A DNA stretch of 63,072 bases, the filler included. It is 7 parts of 7 records of this genome, joined end to end, with 100 filler letters (N's around TTAATTAATTAA, not from the genome) between each part and the next. Parts side by side here need not be neighbours in the genome. Positions count along the whole stretch, not along the records: positions 1 to 25,128 come from SRR2962707_2233; 6 more parts are not named here. One strand, 5' to 3'. The translations under genes were made by a program, and so were the position numbers. The first letter of the stretch is position 1, and each line of letters opens with the position of its first letter. Shown in pieces: positions 8,856-18,035 of the stretch. Below the pieces are notes generated by a model that saw only the letters and a program-made list of their open reading frames with translations, was not told where the DNA came from and ran no database searches.

Positions 8856-10094
8856 TTATTCCGGCAGATATGTCAAGGCACTCATCTGTTCTGTAGGAAG
8901 ATAGCGAGTAGCTAATTCCTGAATATCACTGGCTGTGATGTTATCGATTGTTTCAAAAACGCTATTAATGTCTGGGATTTTGTTCAGATCCAGCTGACTT
9001 TTAGCCATCATCAGCATCATGGCGTTTTTATTTTCTTCCGATAATGCCATCTGACCCTTGATCTGGTTTTTGGCCTTATGCAGTTGCATGCTTCCAAGTG
9101 GTTTTTTTTTCAAAGATTCAATCTCCTTTAGAATGATTCGCTGGCTCTTTTTTAAGTTTTTCGGGTCGGTAGCAAAATAGATGGCAAACTGCCCTGTCTC
9201 CAGGTACGGAGCATAGTGAGCATCTACTCCATAAACCAAACCGTGTTTTTCTCTCAGGCTTAGATTTAAGCGAGAACTCATGCTTGGACCACCGAGTAGG
9301 TTCACCAAAAAGAAGAACGGAATTCGGTTCTCATCTTTTATGCTCAAGGAAGGCATCCCTATCGCAAAATGTGCTTGAGTGATTGGTTTTCTGATTTCCT
9401 TTTTGGAGGGCTTATAGCCACTGAACCAATTTCGTCCTGGTGTATGGTTTTTATGCGGAATCTCTTTCAGGTATTTATTTGCCAGTCGCTCGATTTTTTT
9501 TGCTGAGTAATTACCTACACTTGAAAGAATGATTTTTTCGGTGTTCAGGTTGCGGTCTAAAAAAGAACGAAAGTCACCCTGATGAAAAGATCGGACCGTT
9601 TCTTCTGTTCCGAGAATATTTTTTCCGAGCGAGTGATTGGGAAAGAGCTGTTCATCAAACTCATCTCCTATGGCATCTTCCGGGGTATCCCGATACATGC
9701 TCATCTCCTCTAAAATCACCGAGCGCTCCTTTTCAATCTGCTTTTCAGGGAAAGTAGAGTTGAATGTAATATCAGCAAGTAATTCTACCGCTTTATCCAG
9801 ATGAATATCTAATAAGGTGGCATAAAAGCAGATTTTTTCTTTGGTCGTGTAGGCGTTTAGTTCACCTCCGAGTGATTCCAGCCTGTTGATGATGTGGTAG
9901 GAATTTCGCTTGGCTGTTCCCTTGAAAGCCATATGCTCAAGGAAGTGCGCAAGTCCTTGTTCTTCAGGTGTTTCATCGCGGCTGCCAATGTCCAGCATGA
10001 TGCCCACATGGGCAATTTTGGTTTGTGGGACTTCCTGGTGGATGACTCTTATGCCGTTCGGCAATTCTATCAGCTCGTATTCCTTCTTGCTCAT
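8856..10094 (-). CDS. M16 family zinc peptidase (pitrilysin-like)
   Basis: Inverted zinc motif HFLEH, NAYT, RL..LREKHGLVY. Confidence 0.95.
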   Translation of the reverse strand: MSKKEYELIELPNGIRVIHQEVPQTKIAHVGIMLDIGSRDETPEEQGLAHFLEHMAFKGTAKRNSYHIINRLESLGGELNAYTTKEKICFYATLLDIHLDKAVELLADITFNSTFPEKQIEKERSVILEEMSMYRDTPEDAIGDEFDEQLFPNHSLGKNILGTEETVRSFHQGDFRSFLDRNLNTEKIILSSVGNYSAKKIERLANKYLKEIPHKNHTPGRNWFSGYKPSKKEIRKPITQAHFAIGMPSLSIKDENRIPFFFLVNLLGGPSMSSRLNLSLREKHGLVYGVDAHYAPYLETGQFAIYFATDPKNLKKSQRIILKEIESLKKKPLGSMQLHKAKNQIKGQMALSEENKNAMMLMMAKSQLDLNKIPDINSVFETIDNITASDIQELATRYLPTEQMSALTYLPE

Positions 10095-10101
10095 GGGGGT
10101 G

Positions 10102-10109
10102 CAAAGGTA
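10102..10109 (-). promoter_or_regulatory. Bacteroidota sigma70 -7 element (TACCTTTG) for the M16 gene
   Basis: Exact TAnnTTTG match 7 nt upstream of the ATG. Confidence 0.65.
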
Positions 10110-10113
10110 GAGC

Positions 10114-10197
10114 TTAAGTTTTTAGTTGTAAGTCTAAAGTTTCAAGTATGGCTATTTAAAATTGCATAAATCCCCCTTAGAAGGGAGTGAGGGGGAT
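10114..10197. repeat. Five imperfect 7-mer repeats (10114-10148) plus a REP-like hairpin (10170-10197)
   Basis: TTAAGTT/TTTAGTT/GTAAGTC/TAAAGTT/TCAAGTA, then ATCCCCCT-N12-AGGGGGAT. Confidence 0.55.
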
Positions 10198-10237
10198 GTA
10201 AAGAAGTCTTTAAAAGGAGGGATAAAGGGAGGTTGAT

Positions 10238-10777
10238 TCACTCCTTCCCCGGCAGCTTCTTCATCGCTTTAGACACCCCTCTCCAAATCTCTTGTTTGTC
10301 GTAGATCGGGTTCATCTCCATGTATTTTACTGCATTTGATCGCCAAACCAGCTCTGAATTTTCACGGTCAATCACATCGATTACCAAGCTGCCCTTCAGG
10401 AACTTTTGATACTCCGGGTAGAGCATTGTTAGCCATTCCGGTTCTCCTTGATAGGTGCCGTCATAAAAGCCATTGAAGTTTCCTACCTCAGCAGAATCTT
10501 CCTCGACAACCATGAAAAAGTTAACCATCAAATCGGATTGGTCGTCACCTTGCTGATAGCCCTTATCATACATGTTAAAAGCGATAGCATTAGCAATCTC
10601 ATCCAGCACTTTTTTATCATATAGATACTCAGGTCCCTGATAAGTGACTTCACAACCTTCCAGCCAACACCAGGTTTGAAAGTCATCAAATAATTGATCG
10701 GGCTTTTGATAGGTTTTTACTGTAACTGCACAGGCTGTTAGCGTGCAAACAAGTGTGAGAAAAATGAGCTTTTTCAT
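10238..10777 (-). CDS. DUF4136-like lipoprotein
   Basis: Lipobox LTAC; GSLVIDVID...LVWR motif. Confidence 0.85.
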   Translation of the reverse strand: MKKLIFLTLVCTLTACAVTVKTYQKPDQLFDDFQTWCWLEGCEVTYQGPEYLYDKKVLDEIANAIAFNMYDKGYQQGDDQSDLMVNFFMVVEEDSAEVGNFNGFYDGTYQGEPEWLTMLYPEYQKFLKGSLVIDVIDRENSELVWRSNAVKYMEMNPIYDKQEIWRGVSKAMKKLPGKE

Positions 10778-10855
10778 GACCTTTAATTTTGATGCAAGGT
10801 CAATATTTGATGGGTCAATGAATCTGATAGGTGTCAGACTGAGGTGTGAATTTTA

Positions 10856-12085
10856 TCAATCCATCATTTCTAATTTGGATAGCAAATACACTTTCTCTCG
10901 CTCATTTTTGGCTAAGAGAACAGCTCTTTCGAGTGCTGTTCTTGCATCTTCCATACTTCCCATTTTTTTCAGTATTTCACTTTTTATCGCATAAAAGAGA
11001 TAGTATTCTTCAAAAAACTGAGTTGCCTCGAGTCGCTCTACCTCCTTTAATCCAAGAAGCGGCCCATGTACTTTTTCGAGTGCGACCACCCGGTTTAATT
11101 CCACAACAGGAGTAGGCGTAAGTTGAAGCTGAAGATCGTAAAGTGAAAGAATATTTTTCCAGTCTGTCTCCTCAAAAGTGGCAGCCTGGCAATGGGTAGC
11201 GCTGATAGCCGCCTGAATCAGGTATTCGTTCATGATACTTTCTTGTGATGCATTGGTTAGGTAGTTCAACCCTTCTTGAATCAATTCCTGATCCCACTTT
11301 GAGCGATCCTGATCTTCCAGCGAAATTACATTTCCACTATCATCTACTCTTGCCACAAATCGGGAAGTGTGGAAGTGCATCAAGGCCATAAGAGCATTAG
11401 CTGAAGGTGTATTGCATACCTCACTTTCCAGCAAAACGCCATTTAGTCTAATGGCATCTTCACATAAGTCTCTTCTGATTAGGAGGTCTCCTTCTGCTGA
11501 CTTGTACCCTTCATTGAAAAGGAGGTAGATGATTTTAAGGACAATATCCAATCTTTTTTCGATCTCGTGAGCAGAAGGAAGGCTCAACTTTATTTCCTCT
11601 TTCTTGAATTTCTTCTTTGCTCTGGTATAGGCCTTGGCTACTGTTTCTTCTTTTTTCAGTAAAGAACTTGAAATCTCTCGAATAGAGAGGCCACCCAGAA
11701 TTTTCAGTGTCAGGATAATTTGATATTCCTGGCTGAGCGAGGGGTGGCAACAGGCAAATATCATCCGTACCATATCATCATTGATTGATTCCAGGGATAG
11801 ATCTTCTTTCATTCCTTCTGCTCGTTCCGGTACTTCCTGATTATTGGTTTTCTGATCTCTCCTCAGCTGATCAATCATCTTGTTTCGTGCTACTCGTAAA
11901 ATCCAACCGGTTGGGTTGTCCGGAATTTGTGAATAGGGCCAGGTTTGCATGGCTTTAATCAGGGCTTCCTGTACACTGTCCTCTACCAGCTCCAAATTGG
12001 ACGCACCAAACTTGCTGGAGAGGTGAGAAACCGCCTTACCATATTCCGTCCGGAAAAAGTGATCAACGAGTTGAGAGGTTTGCAT
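10856..12085 (-). CDS. ECF sigma factor with C-terminal TPR extension (ECF42/COG4941 type)
   Basis: VEDSVQEA, WILRVARNKMIDQLRR, IFACCHP, YLLFNEGY, QDRSKWD; downstream of a DGPF/YCII gene. Confidence 0.93.
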   Translation of the reverse strand: MQTSQLVDHFFRTEYGKAVSHLSSKFGASNLELVEDSVQEALIKAMQTWPYSQIPDNPTGWILRVARNKMIDQLRRDQKTNNQEVPERAEGMKEDLSLESINDDMVRMIFACCHPSLSQEYQIILTLKILGGLSIREISSSLLKKEETVAKAYTRAKKKFKKEEIKLSLPSAHEIEKRLDIVLKIIYLLFNEGYKSAEGDLLIRRDLCEDAIRLNGVLLESEVCNTPSANALMALMHFHTSRFVARVDDSGNVISLEDQDRSKWDQELIQEGLNYLTNASQESIMNEYLIQAAISATHCQAATFEETDWKNILSLYDLQLQLTPTPVVELNRVVALEKVHGPLLGLKEVERLEATQFFEEYYLFYAIKSEILKKMGSMEDARTALERAVLLAKNEREKVYLLSKLEMMD

Positions 12086-12104
12086 GTGAATATCTCAAAT
12101 TAGT

Positions 12105-12194
12105 GTGTCATCCTGAGTGAAACGAAGAATCTCCAATATTCAAGGCGAGATCCTTCTACGCCTGCCTGCCTGCTAGGCAGGTTCAGGATGACAC
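12105..12194. repeat. REP/MITE-like palindromic element with a nested second palindrome
   Basis: Perfect 12-bp arms GTGTCATCCTGA / TCAGGATGACAC; inner GAAGAATCTC / GAGATCCTTC; CCTGCCT-N7-AGGCAGG hairpin at 12161-12181. Confidence 0.85.
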
Positions 12195-12212
12195 TCATTA
12201 GGAGAGAGTATT

Positions 12213-12542
12213 TTAGAAATCCGTTATAATCTCCCTCACCTCGGTGGTTCCACCAAACTCGAAAATCGGGCAGTCTTTGGATAGTTCTACCGCATGATCA
12301 AGGTCCTTGGCATCTAAATACACATAGCCACCAACGATTTCTTTTCCTTCCGTGAAAGGGCCATCTGTAACAACCTTTCCACCCGGCCCAACTACCTTGC
12401 CTTCTTTCTGCAAGGGATAACCTTCAGCTTTCACTTTGACCATCCATTCGCCCCATCGCTGCATGTGGGCCTGCATTTCTTCTGGCGACTGGTTTTCATA
12501 GCCTCCATCACCACCTCGGAATACGTACAAATACTTTTTCAT
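12213..12542 (-). CDS. YCII-related (DGPF) protein
   Basis: VTDGPFTEGKEIVGGY...EVR motif. Confidence 0.93.
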   Translation of the reverse strand: MKKYLYVFRGGDGGYENQSPEEMQAHMQRWGEWMVKVKAEGYPLQKEGKVVGPGGKVVTDGPFTEGKEIVGGYVYLDAKDLDHAVELSKDCPIFEFGGTTEVREIITDF

Positions 12543-12581
12543 AGTTTAGTTGTGTTTAGTTAAGATAAATATTTCCTCTAA

Positions 12582-12608
12582 GACGAAGTGGATAATTGAG
12601 AATGGACA
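12582..12608 (-). promoter_or_regulatory. Candidate ECF42-type autoregulated promoter
   Basis: TGTCCA-N17-CGTC about 40 nt upstream of the YCII start; resembles the ECF42 consensus as I recall it (-35 TGTCGA, -10 CG(A/T)C). Confidence 0.65.
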
Positions 12609-12659
12609 ATGAATAATTGATAATTTCATTGGCTGAGAGTGAGCATATACTTTTGTCTT

Positions 12660-13253
12660 ATGAATCTTTCTGAAATGCTTGAAATTGATCCGGAGTTGCT
12701 AAACTATGTGGTCATTCCCCTCTTTATCTTTTTTGCGCGTATCTGCGATGTATCGATCAATACGCTCCGCATTATTTTCATGCTTCACAGCCGTAAGTAC
12801 GTGGCGACCTTTCTCGGTTTTTTTGAGGCGGCCATCTGGTTGCTGGCAATAAGCCAGATTTTTCAAAACCTGGGAAGTTGGCAAACTTTTTTGGCGTATG
12901 CCGGTGGTTACGCCATGGGGATTTTTGTAGGAATGATGATCGAAGAACGTTTAGCGATTGGGAATGTTGTGGTGCGAGTGATTACGGCTAAACCAGCAGA
13001 TGAGCTTATCAGTTTTTTCAGAGAGAAACACATGCGATTTACCAGCCTGGAAGGTGAATCTGGCGATGGACCGGTTAATGTACTTTTCACAGTTATGAAA
13101 CGGGAAAGATTGCCTGTGATTCTAGAGGCAATTAAGAAACATAACCCTCAGGCACTGTATACGGTAGAGGGTGTGAAGAAAGTGGGTGATGGTGAGCTCG
13201 TGGATGATCGTGGTTTTTCAAGAAGAATTTTCAGGTTGGGGGGGAGTAGGTAG
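12660..13253 (+). CDS. UPF0316/DUF2179-type membrane protein
   Basis: IFFARICDVS, GFFE, AYAGGYAMG motifs. ATG 12660 follows a TACTTTTG -7 element at 12648-12655. Confidence 0.88.
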   Translation: MNLSEMLEIDPELLNYVVIPLFIFFARICDVSINTLRIIFMLHSRKYVATFLGFFEAAIWLLAISQIFQNLGSWQTFLAYAGGYAMGIFVGMMIEERLAIGNVVVRVITAKPADELISFFREKHMRFTSLEGESGDGPVNVLFTVMKRERLPVILEAIKKHNPQALYTVEGVKKVGDGELVDDRGFSRRIFRLGGSR

Positions 13254-13331
13254 GTTTACTTGGATAAAGAAATGCTAATTTTAGCCATCTCATCACCCAA
13301 TCGATTTTATTAATCAGAACGAAGATAATCT

Positions 13332-14621
13332 ATGAGATACGATCCAATTGATAATCAGTTATTTATTCAGAATCGGGAAAAGCTTGCCAAGCGGATGAAG
13401 CCACGATCTGTGGCGATCGTGCATGCAAATGACATTATGCCCACGAATGCAGACGGCACCATGAAGTTCATGCAGAACAGCAATCTGTTTTGGCTTACAG
13501 GGGTAGATCAGGAAGAGTCCATTGTATTGATTGCACCTGATTTCCCGGATGAAAAGATGAGAGAAATTCTTTTTCTACGTGAGACCAATGAGGAAATAGC
13601 GGTTTGGGAAGGGCATAAGCTGACTAAAGCTGAGGGTACGCAGACGTCCGGAATCAAAAACATCAAATGGACCGCTGAATTTGAAAAAACTTTTTACACG
13701 ATTCTGGCAGAGTGTGATCATATCTATCTGGATAGCAATGAGCACATTCGTAATGCGAGCGAGGTAGAAACCCGCAACGCTCGCTTTGTGAAGGAATGCA
13801 GAGAAAAATATCCCCTGTATGAATATGAGCGGTTGTTTCCGATTCTTCAGGATTTGAGATGTATCAAGTCTCAGTTTGAAATTGATGTGATGCAGCAAGC
13901 CTGCAATATCACGGAAAAAGGGTTTAGGAGAATTTTAGAGTTTGTGAAGCCGGGAGTGATGGAGTATGAAGTGGAGGCGGAATACTTGCATGAGTTTGTG
14001 CGCAATCGCTCGAAGGGATTCGCTTACGAGCCGATCGTAGGTGGTGGGGCAAATTCTTGTGTGCTCCATTACTTGGATAATAATCAGGAGCTGAAAGATG
14101 GTGATGTGCTATTGATGGATGTAGGGGCAGAGTATGGCAATTACAATTCGGATATGACTCGAACGATTCCTGTTAATGGAAGGTATACCGATCGCCAGCG
14201 AAAAGTATATGATGCCGTTTTGCGGGTGAAAAATACAGCGACTGAATTGTTGAAGCCAGGAAACCGAATCCCGGAGTACCATGCAGAGGTGGGTAAATTG
14301 ATGGAGAAGGAGTTGTTGGATTTAGGGTTATTGGATAAAACAGACATCAAGAATGAAGATCCGGACTGGCCAGCTTACAAAAAATATTTTATGCATGGCA
14401 CTTCACATCACATTGGACTGGATGTACACGATGTTGCCTCCATCTATAAAGTATTTGAGCCGGGAATGGTTTTTACTGTAGAACCGGGCATTTACATTCC
14501 TGAGGAAAATATCGGCTGTCGAATCGAGGATGATATAGTTATTACTGAAGATGGACACCACAACCTCATGAGAAATATTCCAATAGAGGCAGAGGAAATT
14601 GAGGAAATAATGAATAAATGA
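13332..14621 (+). CDS. pepP: Xaa-Pro aminopeptidase (M24B)
   Basis: LMDVGAE, SDMTRT, HGTSHHIGLDVHD, TVEPGIY, RIEDD. Confidence 0.95.
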   Translation: MRYDPIDNQLFIQNREKLAKRMKPRSVAIVHANDIMPTNADGTMKFMQNSNLFWLTGVDQEESIVLIAPDFPDEKMREILFLRETNEEIAVWEGHKLTKAEGTQTSGIKNIKWTAEFEKTFYTILAECDHIYLDSNEHIRNASEVETRNARFVKECREKYPLYEYERLFPILQDLRCIKSQFEIDVMQQACNITEKGFRRILEFVKPGVMEYEVEAEYLHEFVRNRSKGFAYEPIVGGGANSCVLHYLDNNQELKDGDVLLMDVGAEYGNYNSDMTRTIPVNGRYTDRQRKVYDAVLRVKNTATELLKPGNRIPEYHAEVGKLMEKELLDLGLLDKTDIKNEDPDWPAYKKYFMHGTSHHIGLDVHDVASIYKVFEPGMVFTVEPGIYIPEENIGCRIEDDIVITEDGHHNLMRNIPIEAEEIEEIMNK

Positions 14622-15049
14622 TTCGGGAAGGATCAATAGATGATGTTTTAGGTCTTGCATATAAGATGCCTGAATTTTCAGATCTTTACTCTAGAGATGA
14701 ATTTGAACGGCGGTTGAAAACAACAAAATCGTTAATTCTTATAGCGGAATCAGAAGGGGAGATGAGTGGTTTTAAGTGTGGATATGAAAGAGAAAATTCT
14801 TCCTCGTTTTATAGTTGGATGGGGGGAGTGGTTCCTGCTTTCAGGAGAAATGGTATTGCTGATGCGCTGCTTAAAGAGATGGAAAGATGGTGTAAAAATG
14901 AAGGGTATCAGTCCCTGACCTTTAAAACATTGAACGATCATAAATCTATGTTGATTTTTGCATTAAAACGAGGGTTCGATATTATAGGTACAGAAAAGTC
15001 AGGCAGAGACGAGCGATTGAGAATTTGGTTAAAAAAACAATTGATTTAA
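14618..15049 (+). CDS. GNAT family acetyltransferase
   Basis: GVVPAFRRNGIA acetyl-CoA motif; ATGA coupling to pepP. Confidence 0.88.
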   Translation: MIREGSIDDVLGLAYKMPEFSDLYSRDEFERRLKTTKSLILIAESEGEMSGFKCGYERENSSSFYSWMGGVVPAFRRNGIADALLKEMERWCKNEGYQSLTFKTLNDHKSMLIFALKRGFDIIGTEKSGRDERLRIWLKKQLI

Positions 15050-15468
15050 TGTCATCACAAAAATTCGATTCAGATAAAGCACCGGAACCGGTGGGGTTAT
15101 ACCCTCATGCAAGAAAAGTTGGGAATCTCCTATTTCTATCTGGAGTAGGTCCACGTGAACGAGGCACTAAGAAGATTCCGGGAGTTGAGCTGGATGAAAA
15201 TGGAGAAATCATTAGTTATGATATTGCAGAGCAATGCCACTCTGTGTTCAAGAATGTTCGACTGATTTTGGAAGCATCAGGTTCAGGTTGGGAAGATCTG
15301 GTGGATGTAACCGTCTTTCTTACCAATATGAAAGATGATTTTAAAACGTACAATAAAATATATGCTGAGTACTTCAAAGACAATCAGCCTTGTCGAACAA
15401 CAGTGGAGATTAGTTCACTTCCGACACCTATAGCTATCGAGCTGAAATGCATCGCAACAATCAAATAG
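15049..15468 (+). CDS. RidA/Rid family protein (2-aminomuconate deaminase-like)
   Basis: YPHARKVGNLLFLSG, PCRTTV, IELK; TAATG coupling defines the start at 15049. Confidence 0.92.
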   Translation: MSSQKFDSDKAPEPVGLYPHARKVGNLLFLSGVGPRERGTKKIPGVELDENGEIISYDIAEQCHSVFKNVRLILEASGSGWEDLVDVTVFLTNMKDDFKTYNKIYAEYFKDNQPCRTTVEISSLPTPIAIELKCIATIK

Positions 15469-15474
15469 AAAAAG

Positions 15475-15903
15475 ATGGAAGAAACTAATCTTGTATTGAC
15501 AGGATCCGATAAAACCAATTTGTTAGAGGCAGTCAAGTGGGGAAAATTCCTTGCTATTATTGGACTTATAATGAGCGGAATGGTTGTGCTGTTTGGCTTG
15601 TTTATGATCGGGGGAGCAGGGGGTGCTTTTGATGAGGTTTACCCGGGAATTGGTGGAGGTGTTGGATTTATTTATATCCTCTTTTCGTTATTATATATAT
15701 TCCCATCGCTGTATTTGCTGAGGTTTAGCACCCAGCTAAAAAGGGGGATTACTTCAAGTGATCAGGAAAGTTGTTCCGACGCATACAATAATCTAAGAAG
15801 GCTTTTCCTGTTTATGGGTATTTTGACAATTGTAGTTCTTGCACTCTATGCATTGATCATACTTTTCGCTATTATGGGAAGCGTTATGGGGGGAATGCTA
15901 TAA
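15475..15903 (+). CDS. Membrane protein, DUF5362-like
   Basis: KWGKFLAIIG...P.LYL.RF pattern, three hydrophobic segments. Confidence 0.75.
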   Translation: MEETNLVLTGSDKTNLLEAVKWGKFLAIIGLIMSGMVVLFGLFMIGGAGGAFDEVYPGIGGGVGFIYILFSLLYIFPSLYLLRFSTQLKRGITSSDQESCSDAYNNLRRLFLFMGILTIVVLALYALIILFAIMGSVMGGML

Positions 15904-15943
15904 TCTAACCCTGAATTACCTATTTTTGAGGCTTAATATTATT

Positions 15944-16627
15944 ATGGAAAGATCATTAGAATACAATACACAGCGTGCGCAGCTGAAATTGAGAGAGTAC
16001 GGGAGAAATGTGCAAAACCTTGTCGCACATTTAAAAACGATAAAAGATCAGGAAGAACGAAATAAAAAAGCAGCCACTTTAGTGGAGCTGATGAAGCTGA
16101 TCAATCCGGATTTAGGAAAGAACAATGAAAGCGACCAGAAGGTATGGGATGATTTGCATATCATCTCCAATTTTGAGTTGGACATAGAAGGTCCTTTTCC
16201 AAAGCCTGATGCCTCTGTTTTAGATCGTAAGCCTGAGCGTTTACAGTATTACTCTAATGAGATCAAGTATCGCCATTATGGAAGAGGCGTGGAAATGTTG
16301 ATTGATCAGGCAGTAGCTATGGAAGACCCAAAGGAAAAAGAGGGTGCTGTGGTAGCCATCGGTCGATTGATGAAAGGCTTTTTCCAGACATGGAACAAGG
16401 AAAGCATTGAAGATGAGCAAATCCTTAAAAACATTAAGCGTCTTTCCAATGACCAATTGGATATAGATATTGAGACTGTTAAGGAACTTGGATTGTTCGA
16501 CTCAGAGAAAAAACACTCCAGCCGAAAAGGAGGAGGTCCAAGTAAAGGTCGACGTAACAATCAAGGTGGAAAAGGTCGTCGCAACAACAATCAGGGCGGA
16601 AGAGGTAACAACCGTCGAAGAAATTAA
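15944..16627 (+). CDS. DUF4290 family protein
   Basis: LEYNTQR...EYGRNVQ, WDDL motifs; position upstream of murA; R/N/G-rich tail. Confidence 0.88.
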   Translation: MERSLEYNTQRAQLKLREYGRNVQNLVAHLKTIKDQEERNKKAATLVELMKLINPDLGKNNESDQKVWDDLHIISNFELDIEGPFPKPDASVLDRKPERLQYYSNEIKYRHYGRGVEMLIDQAVAMEDPKEKEGAVVAIGRLMKGFFQTWNKESIEDEQILKNIKRLSNDQLDIDIETVKELGLFDSEKKHSSRKGGGPSKGRRNNQGGKGRRNNNQGGRGNNRRRN

Positions 16628-16631
16628 TTCA

Positions 16632-16726
16632 ATTTTTTGATTTGAAGATTTTTTGATTTGAAGATGGTTTCGATAGCTTAGTTGCCCAATCGGATAATTA
16701 TAGAATCATCAAATTTTCAAATCAAA
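16632..16726. repeat. Tandem 16-mer x2 plus inverted complement in the DUF4290-murA spacer
   Basis: ATTTTTTGATTTGAAG x2 (16632-16663); CATCAAATTTTCAAATCAAA (16707-16726). Confidence 0.65.
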
Positions 16727-16727
16727 G

Positions 16728-18035
16728 ATGTCATCTTTTCGGGTAGAAGGCGGTCACCAGCTTAACGGTGAAATCATTCCTCAGGGAGCCAAAAACGAGG
16801 CGCTCCAGATTATCTCAGCAGTACTACTTACTGATCAGGAGGTAGTCATCCATAAAATTCCTCAAATCCGTGATGTACTGAAGCTCATAGATTTGCTTCA
16901 GGATATGGGTGTGGAAGTCTCTAAAAACGGAGGTGAATCCTATACGTTTAAGGCCGCCAATGTAAACCTTGATTTTCTTGATACACCGGACTTTAAGGAT
17001 AAAGCAGCTTCTCTGAGAGGATCTATTATGATCCTCGGCCCTTTATTGGGGAGGTCTGGAACGGGAAAAATGCCAAAACCCGGAGGGGATAAAATTGGAA
17101 GAAGGCGATTGGATACTCATTTTGTGGGTTTTGAAAAGCTTGGTGCTAAATTCAACTACGACTCAAAAACTTCATTCTATACGGTGGATGGTCGAAACCT
17201 AAAAGGAGCTTATATGCTTCTGGATGAGGCATCCGTGACAGGAACGGCCAATATAATTATGGCAGCTGTAATGGCTGAAGGTCTGACGACTATTTATAAT
17301 GCAGCATGCGAACCATATATTCAACAGCTCTGTAAAATGTTGATCCGGATGGGGGCAAATATCGAGGGTGTCGGATCAAACCTGCTTCGGATTGAAGGAG
17401 TGAAATCTCTGAAAGGGACGGAACACACCTTGCTTCCCGATATGATTGAAGTGGGCAGTTTTATTGGGATGGCAGCTATGACCAATTCCGATCTCACTAT
17501 TAAAGATGCGCGCATCAAGGAGCTTGGAATAATTCCTGACACATTTAAGCGTCTGGGTATAAAAATGGACTTTAATGGAGATGATATCCATATCCCGGCC
17601 CAGGAACATTATGAAATCGAATCCTATATTGACGGATCCATTCTGACCATCGCTGATGCTATATGGCCAGGATTAACTCCTGATTTACTGAGTGTGATTT
17701 TAGTTACAGCTACACAGGCACGAGGAACCGTGTTAATCCATCAAAAAATGTTTGAAAGCCGTTTGTTCTTCGTGGATAAATTGATTGACATGGGTGCTCA
17801 GATCATTCTATGTGATCCACATCGAGCCACTGTAATCGGCTTGGATCGGGCGTATCCTTTGCGTGGGATCACGATGACTTCACCGGACATTAGGGCTGGG
17901 GTTTCGCTTTTGATTGCAGCCATGTCGGCAGAGGGAGTGAGCACGATCCATAACATTGATCAGATTGATCGCGGATATCAATTCATTGATGATCGGCTGA
18001 ATGCCCTTGGAGCAAAGATTGAACGTATAGGATAG
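16728..18035 (+). CDS. murA: UDP-N-acetylglucosamine 1-carboxyvinyltransferase
   Basis: GAKN, LRGS, PGGDKIGRR, SVTGTAN, DIRAG, IDRGY. Confidence 0.97.
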   Translation: MSSFRVEGGHQLNGEIIPQGAKNEALQIISAVLLTDQEVVIHKIPQIRDVLKLIDLLQDMGVEVSKNGGESYTFKAANVNLDFLDTPDFKDKAASLRGSIMILGPLLGRSGTGKMPKPGGDKIGRRRLDTHFVGFEKLGAKFNYDSKTSFYTVDGRNLKGAYMLLDEASVTGTANIIMAAVMAEGLTTIYNAACEPYIQQLCKMLIRMGANIEGVGSNLLRIEGVKSLKGTEHTLLPDMIEVGSFIGMAAMTNSDLTIKDARIKELGIIPDTFKRLGIKMDFNGDDIHIPAQEHYEIESYIDGSILTIADAIWPGLTPDLLSVILVTATQARGTVLIHQKMFESRLFFVDKLIDMGAQIILCDPHRATVIGLDRAYPLRGITMTSPDIRAGVSLLIAAMSAEGVSTIHNIDQIDRGYQFIDDRLNALGAKIERIG

